From: Antedon mediterranea
Taxonomy: Eukaryota; Animalia; Echinodermata
Assembly: GCF_964355755.1 (NCBI RefSeq)
Contig: NC_092671.1
Coordinates: forward strand, 39,380,304-39,444,303
Reading direction: 5' to 3'
Length of the DNA stretch: 64,000 nucleotides
The notes under the pieces were generated by a model. The model worked only from the letters and a program-made list of their open reading frames with translations. It was not told the origin of the DNA and did not search any database. Every line of letters starts with the position of its first letter. Position 1 is the first letter of the stretch. Positions 26,717-52,092 of this stretch are shown piece by piece. A program made the translations under genes and the position numbers.

Positions 26717-27043
26717 AGATTTATTGTCCCCCAAAACATGAAAAATGAAGATTAAATTTTAAAAATCGGACTTTAAATATATATATAAATAATAGGCCAT
26801 TTTGCAGTTTTAATAAAGTTATTCACTTCTGTAAATAAAAAAATAATTTCTTCACTTATAAAATGACAAAAGAGACGTATAATTTTAACCAAAAACCATT
26901 GTCTGACAGAAAATTTAAGTATTTTTTGCTTTAAATTTAATTTTTTTTTTCGATCTGGTTTTTGGTCAAAGTGAATAACTATTATGAGAAATTAAAATGG
27001 CATATTAAAATTGGAAAAAAAAATTGTTAGGGGGACAATATCT
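26717..27043. mobile_element. TTAA-flanked MITE (Kolobok-like), family K
   Basis: TTAA|AGATTTATTGTCCCCC ... GGGGGACAATATCT|TTAA. Truncated copies end at 23621 and 30801. Confidence 0.75.
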
Positions 27044-27604
27044 TTAAGTTAGTAAATTCGCACGGCTGCCGTTTAAACGTTTAATAATACGGCGGAAAAT
27101 ACAATATCCGATACTGACAGCATTTGGATCATTTACAAATACAAAAATCAGCTCTCCGCATTCGTTGTCATAATTGAATATTTAAAGCAATAACTTAGTG
27201 GTTATTGACGATTAATTACCGTGTATCTGAACGCATACATTATCAGTAAACTTAATTTCGACCAATGTTTGCAGAAACTGTAGCGTGTTTGCAAACTATT
27301 TAACTCTTTCAACTTATAATAACCAATCGTGCTTATTTATATTGAACGTGGTAGCGTTAAGAATCCGCTTACTGCTTAATCAATTGTCAATAATAGAAGA
27401 ATCGGTCGTGTTCATAATACTCATTTCATACGTATGAAATGTCAACGCCCCTTGTTTAAGTTATTTGTATTGTTAAGTTCAGAGAACCAACCGTTTTTCT
27501 TTCAATTCTTAAATCATAATCAATTGTCAATAAGAACCGTATTTACAAGTCTCGTTTTTAATAAAAGTTTGATAAACGCGTTTTGGATATTGTCAACGCG
27601 TTTT

Positions 27605-27695
27605 GTAATGTAACGTAAAAAGCGTAACGTAATGTAAAAAAACGTAACGTAATGTAAAAAAACGTAACGTAATGTAAAAAACGTAACGTAATGTA
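27605..27695. repeat. ~21-bp tandem repeat x4
   Basis: TAACGTAATGTAAAAAAACG repeated. Confidence 0.85.
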
Positions 27696-28720
27696 GATTA
27701 AATTAGACCACACCATCTTCGTTGTTCCCTCTCTTCCCTTCGTTTTCTTCAGAATCTATGTCTTATCAGGTTTATTATAATGCTTGCGTTTTTTAACATT
27801 TGAACACCTCTCTAAACTATTTACCTACATTATAGATTAAAACAACTTTTAAGTGGAATATGTATGCTTTCATTATCTGTAATTAATAAGATGGACGTGC
27901 TCACAAAATTGTATCAATTAGATCGACGAAGTATGAAACGCCGATAGCGACCCTATGTCTCCCTTTACGACGAATTAAATCTCATCTCATTTCCAATTTA
28001 CATGGTATAGTCTTACAAACTTTAATTTGATTTAGCTTGTTATCAAGACAGTCTCTTATGCTACTACACCGAGTATCTACTCTCTTTTCACAAGCAATTA
28101 CAGAAAATAGCTTTTTACATTTTTATCAAATTAATTGAGTTATTAGGCTTTGGAAATAGGCCGTGATTCGCATCAATACGGTGTTGATATCAGACTAACA
28201 CGTTTTGTTTAATTTAATCAATCTTAGAGGTAATTGACTATGTTGTACGATTGATTATTGTTTTCTGGCATGTCTTTAATATTACACAATAGTGCCTTTA
28301 AACAAACTAGAGATTTTCTAATAGCTTCATATTCCATGTTCATTTCTCACATTTTCTGCAGATGTTATACAAATTACCCCGCCCCCGACATTTTTGTTTT
28401 TCGTTAAAATAATAAAACAAGACACAATAACCAATTCAGTTTAATAATGGTTTATTTAAAATGACAATCATAATATATTACAGCAACATACTTTGGCACC
28501 ATTCACAATTTATATACTGGATCATTATATACACAATATTTACATTTTTGGCAAGCACAACAATGATTACATATTAATCACTGTATTTTAAACGTAAAGT
28601 GTGGAATTTATACGTATTTATTTGTAATAAAAATAATTACTGTTTTAGGCCGTATACATTGGTTTTAAATTCAAAAGCTATACGTCAATTTAGAAAAAAA
28701 AAAGCTTATGTACGTACTAA

Positions 28721-29050
28721 AGCGTGGTTCCTATTAAGTTTGGTTCCCACTAGAACGTAACGCAAGGACGTAAACGCAACGCAAGCGTTTTAACCAATGA
28801 CAAGCGAAGTTATAGACAGTTAGCAATCACAAGCGAATAAGCCATCGCTTGTGATTGGTCAATTCACTTGCGTTGCGTTACGTCCTTGTGTTGCGTCGCT
28901 AGTGGGAACCACGCTTTAGAGACGCAACGCAAGGACGTACGCACAACGCAAGCGAGTTTCACCAATGACAAGCGACTTTTCGAATAATCCATCGCTTGTC
29001 AACTACGTTGCGTTACGTCCTTTTGTTGCGCCGCTAGTGGGAACCAAGCT
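28721..29050. mobile_element. Nested pair of family-B MITEs
   Basis: The outer copy (AGCGTGGTTCC... to ...GGGAACCAAGCT) is interrupted by an inner full copy at ~28737-28915 flanked by TTA/TTA. Confidence 0.75.
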
Positions 29051-29297
29051 TAAGAGATTGTCTAGGCCTTTATGATAAGCAACTCAATATAACAATTTGC
29101 AACAACCAATAACACTAAAATTAAACACCATAAATCAGTTATTTTAATATCTTATATTATTTATTAAATACAATTAAATGTCCTATAAAGCTTAATATCT
29201 TTGGCACTATTAGATCCTTTGGTCGACAATGTATGCAGCAAACATGAACATACAAAAAACGTACGTCATAACGTATGCCTTTCATATAAATAGTTAA

Positions 29298-29611
29298 AGA
29301 TATATTGGCCCCTGAAAAATAATTTTTTTTTTACATTTTTTGTTGAATATGTCATTTTAATGTCACATAATAGTTATTCACTTGGAGCAAAAACTGGATC
29401 AAACAAAAATTATTTACCTTAAAAAATTTAATTTACAGCAAAATACTTAAAATTGTCTGTGGTCAGACAATGAGTTTTTTGTTAAAATTAACAGTTTATT
29501 TTGTCTTTTGTTCTACAGAAGTGAATCATGTTATTAAAACTGAAAAATGGCATATTAAAAGTCTGATTTTATTAATTTAAATTTGTTATGATTTTGGGGG
29601 ACAATACATCT
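29298..29611. mobile_element. TTAA-flanked MITE family K
   Basis: TTAA|AGATATATTGGCCCC ... GGGGGACAATACATCT|TTAA. Confidence 0.75.
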
Positions 29612-30172
29612 TTAAGGTGAGATTAATCTTACTATTGTTTTAACGTACAACTCCGCTTCTTTAACCTCAACTCCGCGTTGGGCTGGCCCATTGTTAAAAG
29701 TATTTGGAATGCTTTTTTATTATCAAAACATTAATTATTGCATCATTTTAAACATCATTTTAAATATTGATTAAAAATGTTTATTTTTTCTTAAAAATTT
29801 ACTTAAAATGGCAATTTTTGTACAAAAAAATCCAGCCACACTTAATCAATACACACTTTACGGTACATTAATATCGTACAAACTTTGGTATATTTGAATG
29901 GTGGTTAAAAAACTCACAATATTAATATTACAAAATATAGATCTCATTCCAAGTCAATTTTCTCGACATGTGTCTCTAGTCTCTTTCGTGAGTTGTCTGT
30001 GATGTTAGAACACACGATAAGCGAAATCAAAATATGATCTAACCGGCGCGGCGTACAAACAAACATTTTGAGACGCGCGCGTTTGCCTGTCCTTGTTTCG
30101 TCATACGCGAACCAATCCTGAAATGTGGTTGAAGAAAGATCTATGTAGAGGAAAAAAGGGTGTGATCGGATA

Positions 30173-43542
<13,370 letters not shown>

Positions 43543-44960
43543 GTTCCTCTGTAGTACAATAAAGTTTTCTAAATATTTCATAGATTAATATAATATATTC
43601 AAATCAATTTGTCAAATCGCTTTAAAAGAGTCCAAACTTATTGAATTATTTGTCACTAAAATGAGAATGTAACTTCAGTGTCCGTCGTTAAATGGCATTA
43701 GCAGCAATTGAGTATATTACACAAAGATTTCCTCCAACCAATACATGTGTGATGTGAACTTGGCCTCCTCGTAGCCTTTATGACTTTCTATGATACCATC
43801 ACTTTATTTCAACTAATCATCTGCTACAGTTCCTATTATTATATCACGTATAATCCAACATAACAATACGGCCCTCTGATTGGTCAGATTTATGTAAACG
43901 AATTCAATATACAAAATGGAATTGGTGGGTGGACGCATAATTAAGCCGCAAAATTATGTGTTGACACCATTGGCGAATGATCAATCATAATCGGCTTCCC
44001 TTATCTGCTCATGCGTACAAGAATCAACACTATTATTAACTGCCGCACCATTTGTTTTGTGATTTTGATCAAACTCTGTCGAGTTTGTTTTGTGTCGGTA
44101 ATATTGTTTGTTTTAAAGGTTTTGACAAAACAAACGTTTTTAAAATTTAAATCATTTTTTAAACAGGTCAATGTACTGAATGAAATAATAATAATATAAA
44201 TTAATAATTTAATATCTTAAATATTATTATTTTTATTATTGAATATTATGTATCATAATATGTATTTAAGTGTAAAAAAAGTAATACTGTAATAGTGGTT
44301 TGAACCCGTGACAATGCCGAATGGTCAAAACACTGACAAAACACATATTATTTACATTTACATTTCCCCGCTGTATGCTTTTCAACATATACCCTAAATT
44401 CACATGCGTCCCCGGACGCAGCTCCCTGGACTATACCATTTATCATACACCCCTGATATGACGAGCCGTAACGGTACGCGGAAAACCACGTAGCTTGTCC
44501 CACATAGAATTATAATTTGTATCTATCCTGAGCGGAAACCGCCCGTCCACTCCGCGTTATGTGTAAATGGTCATAAGGAATAACGTAGATTCTATAATGT
44601 TATTACCGTGTGAATTGGCCTATAGGCAGTTCCCGTCTTATACGTACTGAATGAAAGAACAGAAACAAAACCGAATTGTGTGTCGATATAGAGGGCGCGC
44701 TGTAAGTTGCTGTCTGCTACTTTCCATCTTTGTGTCGCATAGTATGCTTTGTAAACAGAAGTATTGAATATTCATGATTTTTCTGGAATGATAATTAGCG
44801 TATACAAGAGGGCAGCATACTAATAGATGGAATGTTACACAGGTGTAGTTCTTACAGAACGTTACATTCAGACTTGTAATCTCTTGGCACGCGTTGAGCC
44901 AGTACCTTTGACGAAATCACACTTTTTTGCCTCGACTCTTAGAACTAATTACAAGTCAAA

Positions 44961-47900
44961 ATGGCTAATCAACAAACAGCTAATACAGCCCCGCCGCCTG
45001 ACCACCACCAGCACCAGCACCAGCAGCAGCAGGGGTTACCGGGTACGACAGCAGGGCTAACATTGTTGCAAATTGCACCAACGCCAAATATGTCGCATCT
45101 TGCTCCAACAACTCCAGGCTTTCAGCAATTTCCACAGCTGCAGCTTCTACAAGGTAGGACAACATAGTTATATGTTTAACGGTTATATTAATGTATGCTA
45201 TTGCTAGATATACAATCTGTAGGCCTATTATGGCGTTAATATGCGCATATTTAACTGTCATCTTAATAGTTTTATTATTTATGGGAAATGACTGTTTTAT
45301 CTAAGTTCTATTTACTTGTATTGTTCTTATGTAAAAGGGTCTTACAAAAAAACGAAGCTACAGCTTTTTTATGCAGGATTCTTGTTATCAGTTGTATTGC
45401 AATTATGATGTAATTAAGGACTAAATAAATGTGGAATAAATGAATAAAATTTAGCATATTATTGATTGTTTTTCATCGACAATTATTGTTTAGAGGGATT
45501 TATATCGTCGATATTGATTCGACAAAATCCTAATGTATTTCATGTTTTCTTTATAAAATAAGTCTGAAAATATTTAGAATAACCATGCGTCACATGCTTT
45601 ATATGGTCATATAAATAACTTATGTTTTAGGTCAACACATGATACATGGCCAACAAATGATTCCGGGTCAACACATGATTCCGGGTCAACACATGATACC
45701 GAACCAGCAGATGATGCCGGGCCAGCAAATGCTTCCGTACCAAACTCTATATCTACATCAAAATAACAACAACATTGGTCAACAGTTGCAACTTCTGCAG
45801 CAGTCCAGTTCGTCTAACCAACAGTTCCATATTTTACAGCATCCTCAGTTTGCTCCCGGTCAGCAATTGCAGCTTGTCCAGCAGCAACAACCTCAGTTGA
45901 TCTTAGTTCCTAACAATCACTTCGTTGGCAATACTCCTCAAACTCCAGCTCATATCTTGTGTGGCACTCAAGGATCTTCATCGATGCTTCCGACGTTGTT
46001 GTTAATGCCTTCAAATACTGTAAAACATCAGAATGAATCCCAGGTACGTCACTGTATACTGTTAAGCTCTGTCTACACTATAAACGTTATGTGACAAAAA
46101 AATGTAATGTGCCCATATGGACATCACAACGATAATCTGTACAATGAACAAACGCACACACTTTCTCTTAAGCTTGGTTCCTACTTCGACTCAACAACGT
46201 AAGGACGTAGATGCACGCAAGCATGTTGACCAATGACAAGCGACAGTTCGAATAATCCATCGCTTGTGATTGGTCAAATCCCTTTCGTTGCGGTACGACA
46301 TTGTGTTGCAACTCTAGTGGGACCACGCATTAATATAGATAATACTATCGACTATACATTTATATGCCAGTTCACCTTTAACCTTATTTCATTCTTGCTT
46401 TATTTTAGAAAAGCGAGAAAGATCCGGGCAACAATAACAAAGAAAACCAGAATGAAGTGACGTTGCAATCGAATGATACCGCAAGAGACTTTGCGACGGC
46501 TGCCGTTGCGTCTACTCCGCTTGAAGAGACTACGAAGTTAATGAAAACAATCTCACTGGACAACAGTTACAGCTACTTAAACTACAACCCAGACATGGAG
46601 GCGGTTCTTGAAAACACTTTGTACGTTAGTTGCGGCGATCCTAAAATTCGACCACTTCCGAAAAATCGGCCTCCATCTCCGATGTTGCCATTTTCGAATT
46701 ACGGTTGTAAGATTCGCAGGATGAACCCAAACGATACCGTGTTAACTTCCGAAGACGATCAAGCAATATCTGATGAATCCACATTTACTCATGATCAACA
46801 TCTTCATAGCGTCTGGATGAGTTACGATGATGAAAAGATGTTTCATTACAAACCAATCCTCGTCGACAGAAGTTCTGCTGACGAAAGCAACACTAGCGTA
46901 GGCTCTGACGATGAGGGTGATTCGTCCCATACGGCAGTAGGATTCCACTCTATACAAGAGGATGAGGCTCGATACTGTATGTCGAAAACCAACGAAACTG
47001 ACGATACATGCGAAATTAGCACCGAGATTGAAAATTCATGCGATACTTCGGAAACGCATCAAGTGCGGACTACTTGCGATGAGATTGACGTCATCAGTCC
47101 CTATACAAGGGGGTTTAAGCAAACTGTTGATCAGCAGAGACAAACAGGACTGTCGCCTTACGGCACAGGAAGTAATAGTAGTGAAGGGCAAAAGGACTCG
47201 GCGTTTGAAACCAGTGACTCTAGCGATGGAAAGGCAACATACTCTCCGAAAAATGGTCAAACCGGAAGTAAGATATCAGTTGAAACTGGACCACCCCTTG
47301 GAACCTATCAGAGCATTCAGAAAACAAACAATATTTCCCCAAAACCTAACGTCAAGAAAGGAATAAAATCTTCAACAAAACAAACAACGATATCGTCAAA
47401 AGGCAAATTCTCTTCTTCTCTTCCACCACATAGAGATTCAAAGAGGAAGTCTGTGTCTCCAACGGGAACTCTGGGTAATAAGGTTCATCAGTCTATCAAT
47501 GCCAAAAGAACAACGAATTCACCGGCGACAAGAAGTTTGAAAGCTTCCGGAAGATCATCTAGTCTAAGAACTGGAATAAAGGTTACACGTAAGTGAACAA
47601 TATTATACTAAATATTTGGTTCTTAAGCTTGGTTCCCACTAGAGACGCAACACAATGCGTAGGGCAAAGTAAGGGATTTGACCAATCACAAGCGATGGAT
47701 TTCTTCGACTGTCGCTTGTCAATGGTCAACTCGTTTGCGTGCGTCCTAGTGGGAACTAAGCTTTACAGAGGATCTAGGACGCAACGCGTCCCGTAATTTG
47801 ACAAATAACGTGTGTTGCGCGTACGTCTTTTCGTCTTATAACAACCAATTTTTTTTTTATTTATTATTAATTTGTTTATTTTATTTTCAGTTCCTCTTCG

Positions 47901-48051
47901 TAAACCTGGAAACAAACTGAGCGAATCTGCTCGACAGCCAAGCAGTAAATTTGGATGCAGTGCAGCGCCCTCAGAGTGTAGATCTTTACGAGCAGACGGT
48001 TATCATCTTAAAAAAAAGCGAGCAGGCGAAGACGATTCCCGCCAAATTTAA
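44961..48051 (+). CDS. Uncharacterised ~648-aa protein with a Q/H-rich low-complexity N-terminus, acidic middle and basic S/K-rich C-terminus
   Basis: Exons 44961-45153, 45631-46043, 46409-47588 and 47891-48051, all GT-AG and frame-consistent (1947 nt). AATAAA at ~48165. No recognisable domain. Confidence 0.75.
46171..46330. mobile_element. MITE family B (intronic); other copies at 47626-47762, 56024-56160 and partial ~61495-61680
   Basis: AGCTTGGTTCC...TGACCAATGACAAGCGA...TCGCTTGTGATTGGTCAA...CTAGTGGGACCACGC. Confidence 0.75.
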
Positions 48052-48589
48052 AAATGAGTGTATAGTGAAATATTATATTGTATTTATATAAGATTATATA
48101 AGATTATATTATGTATAAGATCAAATGTATTTATATTCTAATCTACCTTCAAATACACAGTTTGAATAAAATGCACTTTTAATGAAGTGCACTTAATATA
48201 TGTACTTCATTATTAAACCGTAGTTGGAAGTCAGTTTCTCATGGATGAGTTGATTCAATTTTCTTGAATCAACTGTTCATTGGTGGTTATTTTTATTAGA
48301 TAAGGTTTAAAAAAGCAAAATGATAAAACAAGGGCTAGATAAAAATTATTGATATGTATTTGATGCTGTAATAAATGTCTAAATTGTTATATACTGTTCA
48401 AATGCATTTTGTAAAATGAATGAACATTTTTGTATTATATTAGTAAGTTGTTATAATAAATGTTTTGCATTGTTCAATAATTAGTAGTTTTGTGATTTGT
48501 TACTATTATAATTACTACACGTTTGTTGATGAATAGATTCAGTTTATTTCCGAAATGAAACATGTACAACACAACAATTTAAGAGACCA

Positions 48590-48805
48590 TTGTCCCGGTA
48601 GCGAAATTTGTTTTCGTACATAAGTTGTGGACCCCTCGTGAAACGTCACAAAATAAACATGAATATGGATACGACTAAGAATTGAGCAAACTTCAATTCG
48701 CTAATGTAAACGCTTCTGTGGATTAGACTATGGACTTTACATGTCGATGTATGGAGTTCGAATCCCATGAGCAACCTCTTTTTACTTCATAGTAAGAGAG
48801 ATTAT
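48590..48805. repeat. Dispersed ~215-bp repeat with an inverted copy at ~50968-51195
   Basis: ACATAAGTTG...GAAACGTCACAAAATA...GATTAGACTATGGACTT.ACATGTCGATGTATGG.GTTCGAAT.CCATGAGCAAC...AGAGAGATTA. The reverse complement lies at 50968-51195. Confidence 0.8.
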
Positions 48806-49267
48806 TTTGAGGGTTAGGTTTAGTTATATTTAGGAAGGCGTACCCAACTTATCTACGAAAATCGCGTCCTGGTATACTTCGATCCACGTGATATATTATT
48901 GCAGTCTAACTGGTAAAAATATTCATTACATGAATAAAATTCCTGCAGTTCTAAGGCATATGCAACTTTGGTTTAACTGGACTTACATAGGCAGTTCAAT
49001 AGGTAACGGTAATTAAAGAACACACATTTGAGATATGCGCAGCTAACCCACTGAATACCTAACTAGAAAATCTTTAAAACTAAGTACAGCTCGCATTGAA
49101 CAAGTCTGGTTTATCCTTCTGGTGAGGATATATGTCCGTACATTTCATGTCCTTTTTGATACGGATCCATAGACAAAACAAAACTTGAACGGAAATATTC
49201 GTTTTCCTGCAAGTTGATGATGCTTGATGATTTTCACTGGGGAAATATTAGGCATGTTTTCAGTCTG

Positions 49268-52092
49268 TCAGGAACCCAGAGTCATTTGTGACGTCATCGT
49301 CATTCCTTCTGGTGGATACATATCCTTTGCGATCCGTATAAAATTGTCTGCGGCATCCAGGTCTAGTAAACGATCCTGTAGTTGAATAAACAATACTTGT
49401 TACATCTGTATGTTTGCATGTTATAATTATTATTTTATTCACACATTAACACTTGGAATTTATTCATAAATTCGGTTATGGTAGTATAGTGTAAAACCCT
49501 GTCTACACTACCAAATATGGTAGCGATATGCCCAAATATGGTAGCGATATGCCCAAATATGGTAGCGATATGCCCAAATATGGTAGCGATATGTCCAAAT
49601 ATGGTAGCGATATGCCCAAATATGGTAGCGATATGTCCAAATATGGTAGCGATATGCCCAAATATGATAGTGATATGACATCAAGTCCATACATGGGCGC
49701 ATCACATTTTTTTGTCACATAAAGTTTGATAGTGTAGACAGAGCTTAAAGATGTATTGTCCCTTGAAACACAAAAAAATGAAAAACAAAATATTCTAAAT
49801 TTAAATTGGCCATATCAAAGTAATAAAGTTATTCACTTTAAGTCGAAAATTCGAGCCAAAAACAAGAAGTTTACGTAATTAACAGGTAAATTAATTTGAT
49901 TACATTTCGTCTGGAAAATTGTCACTAGCGAAAGTAAACAAAGATTTCAAACCATTAGTATGCATTCATTATGCATGATGCTAATTAGGATTGTTTACAA
50001 CTCATCGCGGTTGAGAAGGTGTTTTCACACAGATCGCGAAGAAGTTTTATGATTATGCATACAGAGTAGTCAAACAAGCGCGTTGCATTATGAGATATGC
50101 TTTGATCAAAAACTTTGACTGGAAGTTATTTTTCGAACAAAAAAACGTCTGTATTTCGGTTAAATAATTTTTTTTTCGACAAATTTTTGGTGAAAGTTAA
50201 TAACTATTATGATACTTCAAAATGACCAACTTTGTTTCGAAATATTAAAAAAATTGTTGTTGTTGAATTAGTCAAAGGGACAATACATCTTTAAGGCGAG
50301 AATTAAATATTACAACCATAGGTCTTACGGTAATTTATTTGGTGAAACTTACTAATATGATCGTGTACCGTTGTGGTTGCGTGACGTCTTCTAAGAAGAT
50401 TGACGTCTGCGTGGCCAACTTGTCGTGTAGTTGTCGCGCCTTTTGTGCAGAGCCTAACGTCTTTGACGCAGACGATGAGGTGACCACGAGAAGTGATTTA
50501 GCATCTTCAATGAAACCTTCAAAATGAATAATAACAATGATTTAGTTTAGTTTTAATTGCTTAATTTTTATACCTTATATGGGTTAGTTATTCCAGATGA
50601 TTTAAGGGGAATGGCAGACAAACGTAGCCTACCTAAGCGATCTAGGACTTTCTTCCATCGCTCTTGAACAGCTAGTCTCCGAGATCGTATTCTGCTTATC
50701 TCAATATCAACATCCATCCATTCCTACTAACACAATAATACAAATAAAATAATATATATCAATTTTAAGGTTTATCGCAAATAGCTTGATTTCACGAGGA
50801 ACGTCATTGCATGGCACAATGCATGATGGGAGGGGGTTGGCAGCAAACGTCACGACGCGTACGTACAAACAACACATCACGTACGTACACGTCGTGACCT
50901 GCTCCCAAACCCTTTCCATCATGCTTCGCGCACGCTATTTACTTCCTAATCTCTAAATAATCTCTCTTAATCTCTCTCACTATAAAGTAAAAAGAAGTTG
51001 CTCATGGTATTCGAACCCCATACATCGACATGTCTAAGTCCATAGTCTAATCGACGGAAAGCGTTTGCATTTAGCAATTTGTAGTTACCTCAATTCTTAC
51101 GCCACACCTTATGGTTATGACTATGAATATTTATGTATTTTGTGACGTTTCATGAGTCCCCAACTTATGTACCAAAAGAAATATCGCGGGCCGGCCCACT
51201 ATTCTATAGTATATCAATCTGCTATTGATTTAGATAGGAGTTAAAATATAACACAAAAAAATAGATAAATTATTGGAACTTGCTTGTGACCCGGGTTCTT
51301 CATCCTTTCTCCTTTGAATTAAATTATATAATTGTCGGTCGTCGTCTGCTTCCATGTGTGTGACGTCATTTGGCTCACTCCATAGATTCTCGTCATCGTT
51401 AGATGTATGAGTGATGGTTTCATCGTAATAACGAGTTGCAACAGGCCTAAATGGAAAGAGAAACTTATTTAAAGCTTAATGATTCCCACTTGGACGCAAC
51501 GCAAGTAAAGGCCAACTTAGACATCGTCGTACGACGAGGCCTGACGAAACGTCTTGACTCGTCGGTACTGTCTGAGTTGAATCCCGACGAGACGTCTTGA
51601 AATAGCGTCAGGCGTAGTTTTTAAGTCGTCGGGAGAACATTAAACATGTTTAACTTTCTCCTGATGACTCGTCGGGCCCCGTCGCACGACGCTGTCTGAG
51701 TTGGCCATTATTTGACCAATCACGACGTGATGGATCACCAGAACTGTTGCTTGTGATTGGCAACTCACTTCTTGCGTTTCGCCTACGACGTTGCGTAACA
51801 TCAAAAAGTGAGAAACAAAAGTTTTTACGCAGAAATGTATGGGCGTATCAGCGACGCAGATATCATAATGGGCGAACGTTTGAGCGACACCATAATGGCG
51901 ACTTTAAACGCCGCTCTGCTTCAGAATTATAAACATATGCAACATGCTTAGTCAGACCATACACATCAATTTCAAATAAAATGTTTGTAGGAGGCTTACT
52001 CACGAAATTAGGGCACGTCTTTCCTCTTTACTGCCTTCATATGGTGGCGTCACGGACCGCTGATAGTCACTGGGACAACAACAGAAATCCAT
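49268..52092 (-). CDS. MREG: Melanoregulin homologue (~204 aa, 5 coding exons)
   Basis: Exons 52092-52004, 51446-51284, 50723-50633, 50516-50353 and 49375-49268. MDFCCCPS (Cys cluster), DDENLWSEPNDVTHMEADDDRQLYNLI, EW...RWKKVLDRLGF, KARQLHDKLA and DRLLDLDAADNF match melanoregulin. The ORF track misses it because the exons are short. Confidence 0.92.
49497..49745. mobile_element. MITE family A with an expanded internal 21-bp array (~8 units)
   Basis: CCAAATATGGTAGCGATATGC repeated between the family TIRs. It explains the periodic ORFs at 49503-49722. Confidence 0.85.
49749..50290. mobile_element. TTAA-flanked family-K element, longer (540-bp) variant
   Basis: TTAA|AGATGTATTGTCCCTT ... AAGGGACAATACATCT|TTAA with a perfect 16-bp TIR. 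Confidence 0.8.
51473..51810. mobile_element. Family-B MITE interrupted by a different palindromic MITE (51510-51706)
   Basis: The inner element has TIR GGCCAACTTAGACA / TGTCTGAGTTGGCC. Family-B sequence resumes at TTTGACCAATCAC. Confidence 0.7.
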
